Below, piece by piece: positions 46,194 through 56,160 of a stretch of DNA of 64,000 bases; within the stretch, counting starts at the first letter, position 1, and every line of letters begins with the position of its first letter. This stretch comes from Polyangiales bacterium (GTDB taxonomy: Bacteria; Myxococcota_A; Polyangia; Polyangiales; Polyangiaceae). The position numbers and the translations under genes are program-made. Location of the stretch: the NCBI GenBank assembly GCA_038231275.1, contig JBBRLQ010000023.1:60471-124470 (forward strand), in the 5' to 3' direction. Below the pieces are notes generated by a model. The model had not been told where the DNA came from, made no database searches, and saw nothing but the letters and a program-made list of their open reading frames with translations.

Positions 46194-47843
46194 GTGAAAC
46201 CGCTCGGTTTCGCGCGTACCCTCGTCCCCATGGCCGACGCCCCCATCTTCGGGTTCAACCACGCGAAAACCGCCATCGTCGAGGAGGTCGTCCAGCGCGT
46301 CGCGGGCGGGGTGAAGGACCCCCTGCTCAGCCTCAACGACGCGGCCTACCTCGAGCTGAAGCGGCTCGCCCACTCGCACGGGCCCGAGGCCCAGGAGTGG
46401 CGGGCCCTCGCGCGCGAGCTCGGACGGATGAATGACGGCGAGCTACGCGGCAAGCTCGAAGAGCTCGCGCGAAGGTACGCGTGGGACGTCGCCGGCAATT
46501 TCGACAAGCGCGTCTACAAGATGGTGACGCGCCTCGGCGCGCCGGTGCTGGGCGGACTGATGGCGCCGCGCGCGACGCTGAAGGGGCTGCCGCACGCGCT
46601 CGACATGACCGCGCTCGACGGGCGTGTCCTCGTGCAGGGGCCGCGCGAGACGATCCGGCGATTGTCGGAGCGCGGCACGATCGTCTTCACGCCGACGCAC
46701 CTGTCGAACCTCGACTCGGTCGTCTTCGGCTTCGCCCTCGAGCGCGCCGGGCTCCCGCCTGCGACGTACGGCGCCGGCAAGAACCTCTTCACCAACCCCG
46801 TCCTCTCCTTCTTCATGCACAACCTCGGCGCGTACCGCGTCGACCGGCGCCTGCGCCACGCGCTCTACAAGGACGTCCTCAAGACGTACTCGAGCGTGCT
46901 CATCGAGCGCGGCTACCACTCGCTCTTCTTCCCCGGTGGCACGCGGTGTCGCTCGGGCGGCGTGGAGAGGAAGCTGAAGCTCGGCCTCGCCGGCACTGGC
47001 ATCGAAGCGTTCTCGCGCACTGCGGTGAAGGGCAAGCCGCAGAAGGTGTTCTTCGTCCCCGCGACGATCAACTACCTCCTCACGCTCGAGGCCGAGACGC
47101 TCATCGACGATCACCTCGCCGAAGAGGGCAAGCATCGCTACATCATCGAGGACGACGAGTCGACGCGGGTGAGCCGCATCGCGTCGTTCATGCAGAAGCT
47201 GCTCGGGCTCGACGCGGCGTGCGTGATTCGCTTCGGGCAGCCCCTCGACGTCTTCGGCAACGCGGTCGACGACGAGGGCACCAGCCACGACGCGCGCGGC
47301 CGCCCCATCGACATGACGAGCTTCATCATGGGACGCGACGACAAGCCGTGCCGCGACGCCGCCCGCGACGCGCAGTACACGCGCGAGCTCGGCGAGGCGA
47401 TCTGCGTGAGCTACAAGAAGGACACCGTGCTGATGGCGACGCACATCGTCGCGGCGGTGGCCTTCGACAAGATCACGAAGAGCGCAGCGCCGCTCGGCAA
47501 GACCGACATCTACGCGATGCTTCGTCAACGCGACGACGTGGTCGTCCCGCGCGCGCAGCTCGCCGAGGACATCGACGCGCTCGTCGCCAAGATCAAGACG
47601 ATGGAGGACAAGGGCGAGATCGTCCTCTCCGCGCCGGTCCGATCGTCGAGCGGTGAAGCGATCCTCGCCGACGCGCTGCGTGCCTTCGCCGGGTACCACT
47701 CGAGCGAGGTCATCGTGCCCCGCGGCCCCGATCTCGTCCTCGCCGACACGCGCCTCCTCTTCTATTACCAAAACCGTCTCGCCGCCCACGGGCTGGTGAC
47801 CGACCTCATCGCGCCCAAGAAGACGTCGCGCGCCGCCGCCTGA
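46194..47843 (+). CDS. glycerol-3-phosphate acyltransferase (PlsB/PlsC superfamily)
   Basis: HxxxxD (PTHLSNLDS), GAGKNLF, LGAYRVDRR, FFPGGTR.RSG and LKLGL. Confidence 0.88.
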   Translation: MKPLGFARTLVPMADAPIFGFNHAKTAIVEEVVQRVAGGVKDPLLSLNDAAYLELKRLAHSHGPEAQEWRALARELGRMNDGELRGKLEELARRYAWDVAGNFDKRVYKMVTRLGAPVLGGLMAPRATLKGLPHALDMTALDGRVLVQGPRETIRRLSERGTIVFTPTHLSNLDSVVFGFALERAGLPPATYGAGKNLFTNPVLSFFMHNLGAYRVDRRLRHALYKDVLKTYSSVLIERGYHSLFFPGGTRCRSGGVERKLKLGLAGTGIEAFSRTAVKGKPQKVFFVPATINYLLTLEAETLIDDHLAEEGKHRYIIEDDESTRVSRIASFMQKLLGLDAACVIRFGQPLDVFGNAVDDEGTSHDARGRPIDMTSFIMGRDDKPCRDAARDAQYTRELGEAICVSYKKDTVLMATHIVAAVAFDKITKSAAPLGKTDIYAMLRQRDDVVVPRAQLAEDIDALVAKIKTMEDKGEIVLSAPVRSSSGEAILADALRAFAGYHSSEVIVPRGPDLVLADTRLLFYYQNRLAAHGLVTDLIAPKKTSRAAA

Positions 47844-47945
47844 CCGCTCCCAACACGCGGAATCGATGAAATTTTCCCGGTGGTGACCGGGGTGGGACAA
47901 CCTGCTAGGCTGCCGCCCCCAACCGCCCAAGGCCGTTTTGTACCC

Positions 47946-50159
47946 ATGAGCACCGAGAATTCCGAGACCCCGAACGCCCCGGCGTCGCCCGAAGGCGCGC
48001 CCCCTCCGTCCGCCGCGACACACTCCGAGAGTGTGCCGCGCGCGAGCGATCTCCTCGCCACGCACTCTCCCGCCGAAGCAAGCGCCGACGCAGGTGCCGC
48101 GGCAGCCGGTGCCGCAAGTGCAGGTGGTGCTGAGGACGCCGGCGACGACGCGGGTGGAGACGACGGCGACGATGGTGCGAGCGAGGCGCCTGCCGAAGGT
48201 GCAGCTGCAGGTGGCGACGGTCCCGCGGGCGCCGCGGGAGGATCCGCGGCTCCAGGTGCTCCGGGGACCGGCAAGCGCAAGCGTCGTCGTCGCAAGAAGA
48301 AGAAGCCGGGCGCAGAAGGCGCCGCGGGAGCTTCCGGCGCGCCGGGCGCCGAGGGCGGCGAGGCGGGCGCAGCCGGCGAGCACGCCGGCGAAGGCGCGCA
48401 CGCGGGTGAAGGCGGCGGCGAGCACGGTGGCGATGCGTCGCGTGGTCGGCATCAGGGGCAGCCTCGCAAGGCTCGTCCCCCGCGTGAGTCGCGCGAACGT
48501 CCGGCGTTCGGCGTCGGCGACGTCGTCTTCGGAAAGATCATCGAGATCCTGGACGAAGCGCTCATCGTCGATCTCTCCGGCAAGGCCACGGCGATCTTCG
48601 ATCGTCAAGAGCTCACGATCCCCGACGAGCCCGCGAACACGCCGGCCGGGGTAGCCGACGAAGACGCGCCCGGCGCGCCGGTGATCCCGGCGGCGCTGCG
48701 CGACAAGGAAGAGACCGCGACCTCGCCGGAAGCGACGACGATGGTCGACGCCTCGGTGGTCCCGGCCGAAGCCGCGCCCGCGGCAGAGGGCGCAGAAGCG
48801 CACGCGTCGGAAGGCGTCGAGCACGCCGGCCAGCAGCCCGAGCCCGCGGAGCACGACAAGGGAGACGACGACGACAAGGAGCCGCCGCTCCCCGAGGAGC
48901 CGGCGTACTTGCCTCCGGTCGTGATGGAGGTCGGGGCGAGCTTCGTCGGCGTCGTGCACAACGACGGCGCGCGCGGCGGTCTCGTCGTCATCACGCGCCA
49001 CCCGCGCCGCGCCACTCGCGCGAAGCCCAAGGTCTTCGAGGCGTTCAAGAACGCCGAGAAGGAGACGGTAATGGGCCTCATCACCGGCGTCATCAAGGGC
49101 GGCGTCGAGGTCGACATCGACGGCCTCCGCGCCTTCGCGCCGGGCTCGCACGTGGACACGCGTCTCGGCGCGGATCTCCACTACCTCATCGGCAAGCGCC
49201 TCAACTTCACCGTCACGCAGTACGGCAAGAAGGGGCGCGACGTCGTCCTCTCACGCCGCAAGTTCATCGAGGTCGAGAGCAAGGCCGCGCGCATCCAAGC
49301 CCTTGCCAAGTTGGACATCGGCGGCGAGATCGAGGGCATCGTCCGCAGCATCGTGCCGTTCGGCGCGTTCGTGGACGTCGGCGGCATCGAGGGCCTCATC
49401 CCGCTCGCGGAGATGAGCCACAACCGCAGCGACACCCCGCACGACATCTTCACGGTGGGCGAGCCCACGAAGGTGAAGATCGTGAAGGTCGACGAGAAGG
49501 GCAAAGTCTGGCTCTCGCGTCGCGCGACGATTCCCGATCCCTGGATGGAGGCCGTGAAAAAATACGCGGTCCACAGCAAGCACAAGGGCAAGATCGTGCG
49601 GCTCCAGCCGTTCGGCGCCTTCGTCGAGCTCGAGCCGGGCATCGACGGACTCATCCACGCGTCGGACCTCTCGATCAAGCGCATCGAGCACCCGAGCGAG
49701 GTCGTGAAGGTGAACGACGAGATCGACGTCGTCGTCTCTCACGTCGACGTCGGCGCGCACAAGATCGCCCTGCACCCTGCCCCCACCGGCGAGGCCGAAG
49801 GCGAGACGCCCCAGAAGGTCGTCATGCACAAGTCGGTCAAGGTGAAGGTCGTCAACATCGAGCAGAACGGCCTCGTCGTGCGGGTCATGGGGGCGACGGG
49901 CCGCAACGCGCGCGGCTACATCCCGGCCGGCGGCACGGGCACGCAGCGCGGCACCGAGCTCCGCAAGGTCTTCAAGGAAGGCCAGGAGATCGACGCCAAG
50001 GTCATCGACATCGACCCCAAGCGTGGTGAGGTCAAGTTGTCGATTCGCGCGCTGAACGAAGACAGCGAGCGCACGGCGTACAAGAGCTACCAAGCCCAGG
50101 TGAAGAAGGAAGCGAAGTTCACGTTCGGCGACGTCCTCGCGAAGAAGCTGCAGAAGTAG
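47946..50159 (+). CDS. multi-S1-domain RNA-binding protein (ribosomal protein S1-like) with long disordered N-terminus
   Basis: Repeated S1 motifs (KGGVEVDIDGLRAFAP, PFGAFVDVGGIEGLI, PFGAFVELEPGIDGLIH, VKLSIRAL) and a C-terminal TFGDVL like RpsA. Confidence 0.88.
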   Translation: MSTENSETPNAPASPEGAPPPSAATHSESVPRASDLLATHSPAEASADAGAAAAGAASAGGAEDAGDDAGGDDGDDGASEAPAEGAAAGGDGPAGAAGGSAAPGAPGTGKRKRRRRKKKKPGAEGAAGASGAPGAEGGEAGAAGEHAGEGAHAGEGGGEHGGDASRGRHQGQPRKARPPRESRERPAFGVGDVVFGKIIEILDEALIVDLSGKATAIFDRQELTIPDEPANTPAGVADEDAPGAPVIPAALRDKEETATSPEATTMVDASVVPAEAAPAAEGAEAHASEGVEHAGQQPEPAEHDKGDDDDKEPPLPEEPAYLPPVVMEVGASFVGVVHNDGARGGLVVITRHPRRATRAKPKVFEAFKNAEKETVMGLITGVIKGGVEVDIDGLRAFAPGSHVDTRLGADLHYLIGKRLNFTVTQYGKKGRDVVLSRRKFIEVESKAARIQALAKLDIGGEIEGIVRSIVPFGAFVDVGGIEGLIPLAEMSHNRSDTPHDIFTVGEPTKVKIVKVDEKGKVWLSRRATIPDPWMEAVKKYAVHSKHKGKIVRLQPFGAFVELEPGIDGLIHASDLSIKRIEHPSEVVKVNDEIDVVVSHVDVGAHKIALHPAPTGEAEGETPQKVVMHKSVKVKVVNIEQNGLVVRVMGATGRNARGYIPAGGTGTQRGTELRKVFKEGQEIDAKVIDIDPKRGEVKLSIRALNEDSERTAYKSYQAQVKKEAKFTFGDVLAKKLQK

Positions 50160-50184
50160 CGCAGCGCTCGCGCGGGCAGGTCCC

Positions 50185-51342
50185 TCACGCCTCCCAGAAC
50201 GGCGAGAATCCCCCGCTCCAGAGCGGGGACGAGCTCGCGTGGAGCGTCGGCGCGTGGCTTCGTCGAGCGGGCGCGGCGAGGGCGGCGCGCGCGGGGGCGG
50301 CAGCGTCGTAGCGGCGGGGGCGGCGGCGCAGGAGGTCCTCGTAGATCCCTTCGTAGGCCGAAGCCATTCGCATCGAGCTCCAGCGCTCGACTGCGCGGGC
50401 GCGGCAGCGCGATCGTGAGAGGGCGCCGATCTGCTTCACGCGCGCGGCCATCTCGGCAGCGTTTGCGACCACGAACCCGGTCACGCCGTCCTCGATGAGC
50501 TCCGCGGCGCATCCGCGCGCGAAGGCGATCACCGGCGTACCGACGAGCATCGACTCGATGATGGAGAGCCCGCTCGGCTCCTCGAAGTCGAGCGGCATGA
50601 GCAGCGCGCGCGCGTTCTGCAGCATGCGCAGCTTGCGGTCCGCGGAGAGGTCCGCGAGCCACTCGACCGCGCTCCCCGCGGCGTCGAGGCGCGGCATCAT
50701 CTCCTCGTCGAAGTACTCGTCGGACGCCGGAACCTGCGCCGCGCCGAGCTGGAGCCGAACACCCGCGAGGCGTGCAGCGTCGACGGCGACGTGCGGTGCG
50801 CTCTCGCGCTTCATCTTGCCGAGGAACGCGCAGTAGCCGCCGGAGCCGGAGCCCGCGGGGTGCGCGTCGGGATCGAGGCCGCCGTGGACCACCGCGTGGA
50901 TGTCGAGATCGGGCATGCGCTGCACTTGCGTGTCGCTCATGGCGACGTAGCAGACGTCGGGGAAGTCGGCGTAGTACTGCTGGAGCGCCTCGTCGCGATC
51001 GTGGTGAAGCGTGAAGACGGTCGCGGGGCGCGTTCCGCCGCCGACCGCGAGGGCCGGGGCGTAGCTGGTGTGAACGACGTCGAAAGGGCGCGCTTGCGAC
51101 GCGATGTCGCGCCATGCGTACGCCGCGTGCCGAAGCTCCCGTTGCTGCTCGGCCGGCGCCTCGGCGACCGGGAAGCGATAACGGAGGCCGCACTGCGGTC
51201 GAGAGTCGCCCGATGCGTAGAGCACGACGTCGTGGCCGAGGCGCGTGAGCATCTTTCCGAGCTCCGCGGTGAAGAGCTCGGCGCCCCCGAAAGCCTTCGG
51301 GGGAACGGTGACGGCGCTGGATGCGACAAGGGCGATTCTCAT
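50185..51342 (-). CDS. glycosyltransferase family 4
   Basis: MRIALV..VPPKAFGGAE, GHDVVLYASGDS and EEPSGLSIIESMLVGTPVIA. Confidence 0.92.
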   Translation of the reverse strand: MRIALVASSAVTVPPKAFGGAELFTAELGKMLTRLGHDVVLYASGDSRPQCGLRYRFPVAEAPAEQQRELRHAAYAWRDIASQARPFDVVHTSYAPALAVGGGTRPATVFTLHHDRDEALQQYYADFPDVCYVAMSDTQVQRMPDLDIHAVVHGGLDPDAHPAGSGSGGYCAFLGKMKRESAPHVAVDAARLAGVRLQLGAAQVPASDEYFDEEMMPRLDAAGSAVEWLADLSADRKLRMLQNARALLMPLDFEEPSGLSIIESMLVGTPVIAFARGCAAELIEDGVTGFVVANAAEMAARVKQIGALSRSRCRARAVERWSSMRMASAYEGIYEDLLRRRPRRYDAAAPARAALAAPARRSHAPTLHASSSPLWSGGFSPFWEA

Positions 51343-51364
51343 TTGATTCCTCTTCCAGATGTCA

Positions 51365-51382
51365 TTGCACGATGCGCGCCGG
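51365..51382 (-). promoter_or_regulatory. candidate sigma54 promoter for the GT4 gene
   Basis: Minus strand CCGGCGCG-CATC-GTGCAA (GG-N10-GC), followed by SD GAGG and ATG 51342. Confidence 0.55.
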
Positions 51383-51384
51383 TG

Positions 51385-52269
51385 CTACGGGATCGACGCC
51401 GCGCAGCGAAAGCCGAACGTCTTCTTGAAGTACGCGCCCTCGTAGTCGTCGCGTGCGCTGGCGCGGTGCCATGTGGCGGTGCTGTTCCAGCCGCCACCGC
51501 GGCCGACGAACACGTCGCGCGGCGGCGAAGCGGGCGGACCCTCCGGGTCGACGTGGGGCGAGACTGCGTAGTACGTCGCGTCGTACGTGTCGTTGACCCA
51601 CTCGACGACGTTGCCGGCCATGTCGAGAGCGCCGTACATGCTGGCGCCCGTGGGGTGCGAGCCGACGGGCTGCGTGCCGCCCGTGCAGCCGGCGATGTTC
51701 GCGTGAGCACAATCGATGGGATCGTTGCCCCACGGGAACTTGGTCCCTTCGGGCCCACGCGCGGCCTTCTCCCATTCGGCCTCGCTGGGAAGGCGTTTTC
51801 CCTCGTGCGCGCAGTACGCGACGGCGTCCGCCCGGTTTACGCACACGACGGGGTGCATGGCGCGCGCGCCGCACGGATCCCAGTCGCACGTCGGCGGGAG
51901 GCAGGCGCCGCTGACGACGCACGCGACGTACTGCTCTTGCGTCACCTCCGTGGCGTCGATGCGAAACCCTTTCAGCGAGACCGCATGGGTGGGGAGCTCG
52001 TCGGGCTTGCAGTCCGCGTCGACGGCGTCGTTGCAGCCCATGGCGAAGTCCCCCTCGGGCACGTCGACCATCTGCGACTCCGTCGCGGGGGGAGGCGCCG
52101 CGCACGTCGTCTGGAGACGCTTGGCGGTCGGCAGCTCCTCTGGAGCGCCGGTCGGGCCGGCGTCCACGGTCGCGGCAGGACCTGCGTGTCCCACGAGCTC
52201 CTCGGGGCCGGCGAATCGGCAACCGACGAGGCCGCACGCGGCGAAGAAAGCGAATCGCGAGGTCTTCAT
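51385..52269 (-). CDS. FGE/SUMF1 (formylglycine-generating enzyme-like) domain lipoprotein
   Basis: Lipobox LVGC, FAMGC, TEVT, KRLPSEAEWEKAARG, DMAGNVVEW, RGGGW and GFRCA. Confidence 0.92.
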   Translation of the reverse strand: MKTSRFAFFAACGLVGCRFAGPEELVGHAGPAATVDAGPTGAPEELPTAKRLQTTCAAPPPATESQMVDVPEGDFAMGCNDAVDADCKPDELPTHAVSLKGFRIDATEVTQEQYVACVVSGACLPPTCDWDPCGARAMHPVVCVNRADAVAYCAHEGKRLPSEAEWEKAARGPEGTKFPWGNDPIDCAHANIAGCTGGTQPVGSHPTGASMYGALDMAGNVVEWVNDTYDATYYAVSPHVDPEGPPASPPRDVFVGRGGGWNSTATWHRASARDDYEGAYFKKTFGFRCAASIP

Positions 52270-52587
52270 GACCAATAGCAGTGCAATGGTGATGCCGTGT
52301 GCTCCAGCCGACGACGACGCCTCACCCGCGGCAAAAATGCGAAGACCGTCGCCTCCGTGAGGAGATAACGGCCTTCGAATCGATGTGGCCTGCGGCCTGC
52401 GCCTGCGTGTCGTTCGCCGGCGCGACGTTCTGCGCGCGCGGCTTCTCCGCGCCCCTACCGCGGCCATCGCCTCGCCGCCGGCCCCGTGTCGCGCACCGGA
52501 AAACCGTCCTCCGCTCGTGTGCGGCGCAAATGAGCACCGTGACAAACGCGTGACATGTGCGGCGTCCTTGCGTGAGCCCAGCGCTCT

Positions 52588-54003
52588 TCAGAAGCCGGGC
52601 TCGCGCGCTACGATGGGGTGGCGAGTCGGCGCCGGCGCTCGCTCCTGAGTGCGCGAGGGCGCCGCGTTCGTGACCCTCGGGGTGGGCATCGGGCTCGGGA
52701 TCGGCGTCGCGGTCGAGCCGGCATCGGCCCCCTCGACAACGGGATCGTCGACCACGCGTGCGAGCACCGCGTCGGCGCCGCCCATCGCAATCGGAGAGGG
52801 CGTCGTGGTGAACGACGGCGCCAGGGTCATCTGCCCGCCTGTCGTGGTGACCTCGGCGCGCGCCGAGGCGCTCGGCGTCCAGATCGCGAGGCCCGCGGCG
52901 ACGAGGGCGCCGACAACGGCCGCCCCGATGCTGCTCGCAACGACCGCCCAGCGCGCACTCGGCGTCGGCGGTGCGGGCGTGACGACGGAAGGGCGGTACG
53001 CGGGTTCTTGCGCGCCGACGATCGGCGGATACGAGTCGGGCGACGGGCACGACTCGCGGGCCTCGGGGATCCCGATCGCGCTGCGCAACGCGTGAGCGAA
53101 CTCCGTCGCGGTGGAGAAGCGTTGGCCCGGATCCTTTTGAAGCGCGCGTTCGATCACGCTCCAGATCTCGGGCGGCGCTTCGTCGATGCGCGGCGGCCGC
53201 CCTTCGAGCACCAACGCGAGGACTGCGCGCACATCGCTGCCGCAGAAGGGATTTTTGCCCGAGATGATCTCATAGAGCAAAACGCCGACCGCAAAAAGGT
53301 CGCTTCGGCCGTCGATGTCCTCCGAGCCTCGCACCTGCTCGGGAGACATGTAGCTCGGGGTGCCGAGCAGCTCACCTTGGTGGGTGATCACAGGAGCATC
53401 GGGCACGCGGAGCTTGCTGATGCCGAAATCGAGGATTTTCGGGGTTACGACGCCGTCGGAGTCGACGGAGAGGAAGACGTTCTCCGGCTTCAAGTCGCGA
53501 TGCGTCACGCCGCGCGCGTGGGCATGTGCGAGGGCCGACAGCATCGGCAGCAAGATGGCGACCGCTTCATCGACCGGCAAGGCGCCGCGCTCGTCCATGT
53601 GATCGGCCAGCGTTCGGCCGCGCAGGAGCTCCATCACGATGGCGAGCTGGCCCCCCGTCGGCCCACAGTCGACGAGATCGTAGACACGCACGATGCCGCG
53701 GTGCGACAGGCTCGCGGTCGCGTGCGCTTCGCGGCGCAGTCGCTCGACGAGGGCCGAGCTGCCGTTCTCCTCGAGGAGTACCTTGAGCGCGACCTCAGCG
53801 CCGGTGGCCTCGTTGCGTGCCACCCAGACCGCGCCCATCCCTCCCGAGCCAATCGGACGAACGAGCCGGTACTTGCCGGCGATGATTCGTGGGACGCCAC
53901 CGTCGAGGTCGGCCTTTGCATCTGCAGCGCAGGCGACCGCGTCGTCAGGAGGGCAGGGTGGCGACGAGGAGGTCATGGTGCCGGTGGCTGCTGCACGGCC
54001 CAT
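52588..54003 (-). CDS. membrane-anchored Hanks-type Ser/Thr protein kinase
   Basis: GSGGMGAV, VALKVL, HRDLKPEN, DFGISK and GTPSYMSPEQ; one C-terminal TM followed by a Pro/Thr tail. Confidence 0.95.
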   Translation of the reverse strand: MGRAAATGTMTSSSPPCPPDDAVACAADAKADLDGGVPRIIAGKYRLVRPIGSGGMGAVWVARNEATGAEVALKVLLEENGSSALVERLRREAHATASLSHRGIVRVYDLVDCGPTGGQLAIVMELLRGRTLADHMDERGALPVDEAVAILLPMLSALAHAHARGVTHRDLKPENVFLSVDSDGVVTPKILDFGISKLRVPDAPVITHQGELLGTPSYMSPEQVRGSEDIDGRSDLFAVGVLLYEIISGKNPFCGSDVRAVLALVLEGRPPRIDEAPPEIWSVIERALQKDPGQRFSTATEFAHALRSAIGIPEARESCPSPDSYPPIVGAQEPAYRPSVVTPAPPTPSARWAVVASSIGAAVVGALVAAGLAIWTPSASARAEVTTTGGQMTLAPSFTTTPSPIAMGGADAVLARVVDDPVVEGADAGSTATPIPSPMPTPRVTNAAPSRTQERAPAPTRHPIVAREPGF

Positions 54004-54179
54004 GCCTCACCCGAGCTAGGCCGCGGCTGGCCGGTGGACGCCTGAGAAACCGGTGTCCGCGTGTCGCGCGCGCGACCGCGCGTGACCAAGACGCCGCACG
54101 TGGCAGCATTGCCGCGCAAGGTGTTCGCCGCGTAGTACTCGCACGATCCACCGTCACAAAAAGAAGTAACCTGCTCGGC

Positions 54180-56156
54180 ATGCGAGCTCGCGTCGTCCTC
54201 TCTGTTCTCGCGGCGTCGTGGCTCGGCTGTGGCAGCAGCTCGGGGCCGCCAGGCTACGCGCCCGCGGACGCCGGTGGGACAGACGCGACCACGGGCGACG
54301 CCACGAGCGCACCGGTGCTTCGCTTCGATCCGCCTGACGTCGCGCTCGTCGTTACCCTTGGAAGCGGGTCGACGACCGCGCCGTTCAAGGTGCTCGCGAA
54401 GTTCCCCGACGCTCCGTCCGAGACCGACGTCACCGCGAGGGCGACCGTGACGCTGAGCGATCCGACGCTCGCGTCGCTGACGGCGCCCGGGACCCTCGGG
54501 AACGCGACCCGAGGTGGCACCTCCACGATCTACGCCGATCTCCAAGGCGCGACGGCGAGCGGCAGCCTGCACGCCAAGCTCGCGGGCGAGATCGTCCCGC
54601 CAGGCTTTGATCCGGGGACCAAGGGCTCGTTCGGCACCGCACCGGTCGATCCCGCGCCGGGCAACGCGCCGAAGATCGAATACCCCCTCGACGGCGCGAT
54701 CGTCCCCTCCAACGTGCCGCCGATGCAGGCGCAATGGACAATGGCGGGCGACAGCAATGCGTACCGCCTCCACCTCACGGCCGCCGACGTGCTCGACGTC
54801 TTCGTCTACTCGATGACGCGCGAGGCCCTCGCCGATGCGGCGCCGTGGGCCACCATCGTCGCCAGCGCCGCCGGGAAGACCGTGGACGTGGTCGTCGAGG
54901 GCGTGGGCGCGTCTCTACACCGCTCCGATCCCGTGCACCTGAAGGTGGCCACCGATCGCATCGACGACTCGGCGATCTACTATTGGGAGTCGAGCAGCGG
55001 ATCGATGCACGTGCTGGACGTCGCCGCCGGCAAAAACGCGACGCTGCCCGTGACCGGCAGCGCCTTCGCGCCCGGTGGGCCTTCGCAGTGCGTCGCGTGC
55101 CACACGGTCTCGCGCGACGGGACGCGCTTCTCGTACACGACGGGCGGCTTCGCGCTCGGCACGCTCAAGGCTGCGGCCGACAAGAAGAGCTTCGCCGCCG
55201 TGATCGAGCCGGGGACCAAGGTGCCGGGTGGCTTCAAGTGGACGTACGCCGCGTTCAATCCGAGCGAGGCAGCATCGGCGCCCGCCGTGCTCGTGACGAA
55301 GGCCGACGTGACCTCCGCGCAGAACACCGCCGGCAACGTCCGCCTTGCGCTGCTCGACCCGGACACCGGTCTCGACATCGCGAGCAACCTCGTGCCGTGG
55401 CTCGCTGCGTTTCCGGCCGGCGTAGGGCGCGATCTGCTCCAACCCGATTGGTCACCGGGCGGCTTCGTGGTGTTCACGTCGTACGACAGCGAGACCGCGA
55501 ACCCAGACGGCGCGAGCTCACTCCCGAAGGCGTACGTCCGCGATCTCGGCGACGACGCGATCGCCTCGTCGATCGTCGAGGCGCCGATCGCGTGGGACGC
55601 GTCGAAGAGCGCCTACACGTTGGGCGCGCCGAAGGTCCTGGTCGGCGCCAAGGTCGGCGCGTCGCTCGACGTGACGGAGACCGACGTGCTCCCGCAGATC
55701 GCGCCCGACGACTCGCTCGTCGCGTTCACGCGCTCGACCGGCTGGTGGCCGATCCGGCTGCAGAGCGATCCGGTGAACGGGAGCGGCCGCATCGTCGTCG
55801 TGCGACGGAGCGACGGCGTCGTCACCGAGCTCGCGAACGCGAGCGGACCCGCGAACAGCAACTCTACGTGGCCGCAGTGGGCACCGAGCGCAGGGAGCGA
55901 GTACCTGTGGCTCGCGTTCTCGAGCGAGAGGCCGTACGGCCACACGATGGCGCCCGGCGTGTCGCTCCCTCCGGCCTGCCTCCCCCAGGGTCGCTCGCTC
56001 TGCAAGAACATGTGGATCACGGCGGTCGACAAGCAGAAGGCGAAGAGCGGCGTGATCGATCCGAGCGCGCCTCCCTTCTGGTTGCCCGGTCAGACGGCGC
56101 TCGCGAGCGCGGTGAGCCCGCGGTGGACCAAGGCGGTGGTCGTCGGACCGAAGTGA
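54180..56156 (+). CDS. TolB-like beta-propeller lipoprotein with CxxCH motif (paralog of 38886-41969)
   Basis: Lipobox WLGC, IEYPLDG, AIYYWES, CVACHTVSRDG, WLAFSSERPYG and DPSAPPFWLPGQ. Confidence 0.85.
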   Translation: MRARVVLSVLAASWLGCGSSSGPPGYAPADAGGTDATTGDATSAPVLRFDPPDVALVVTLGSGSTTAPFKVLAKFPDAPSETDVTARATVTLSDPTLASLTAPGTLGNATRGGTSTIYADLQGATASGSLHAKLAGEIVPPGFDPGTKGSFGTAPVDPAPGNAPKIEYPLDGAIVPSNVPPMQAQWTMAGDSNAYRLHLTAADVLDVFVYSMTREALADAAPWATIVASAAGKTVDVVVEGVGASLHRSDPVHLKVATDRIDDSAIYYWESSSGSMHVLDVAAGKNATLPVTGSAFAPGGPSQCVACHTVSRDGTRFSYTTGGFALGTLKAAADKKSFAAVIEPGTKVPGGFKWTYAAFNPSEAASAPAVLVTKADVTSAQNTAGNVRLALLDPDTGLDIASNLVPWLAAFPAGVGRDLLQPDWSPGGFVVFTSYDSETANPDGASSLPKAYVRDLGDDAIASSIVEAPIAWDASKSAYTLGAPKVLVGAKVGASLDVTETDVLPQIAPDDSLVAFTRSTGWWPIRLQSDPVNGSGRIVVVRRSDGVVTELANASGPANSNSTWPQWAPSAGSEYLWLAFSSERPYGHTMAPGVSLPPACLPQGRSLCKNMWITAVDKQKAKSGVIDPSAPPFWLPGQTALASAVSPRWTKAVVVGPK

Positions 56157-56160
56157 GGGC

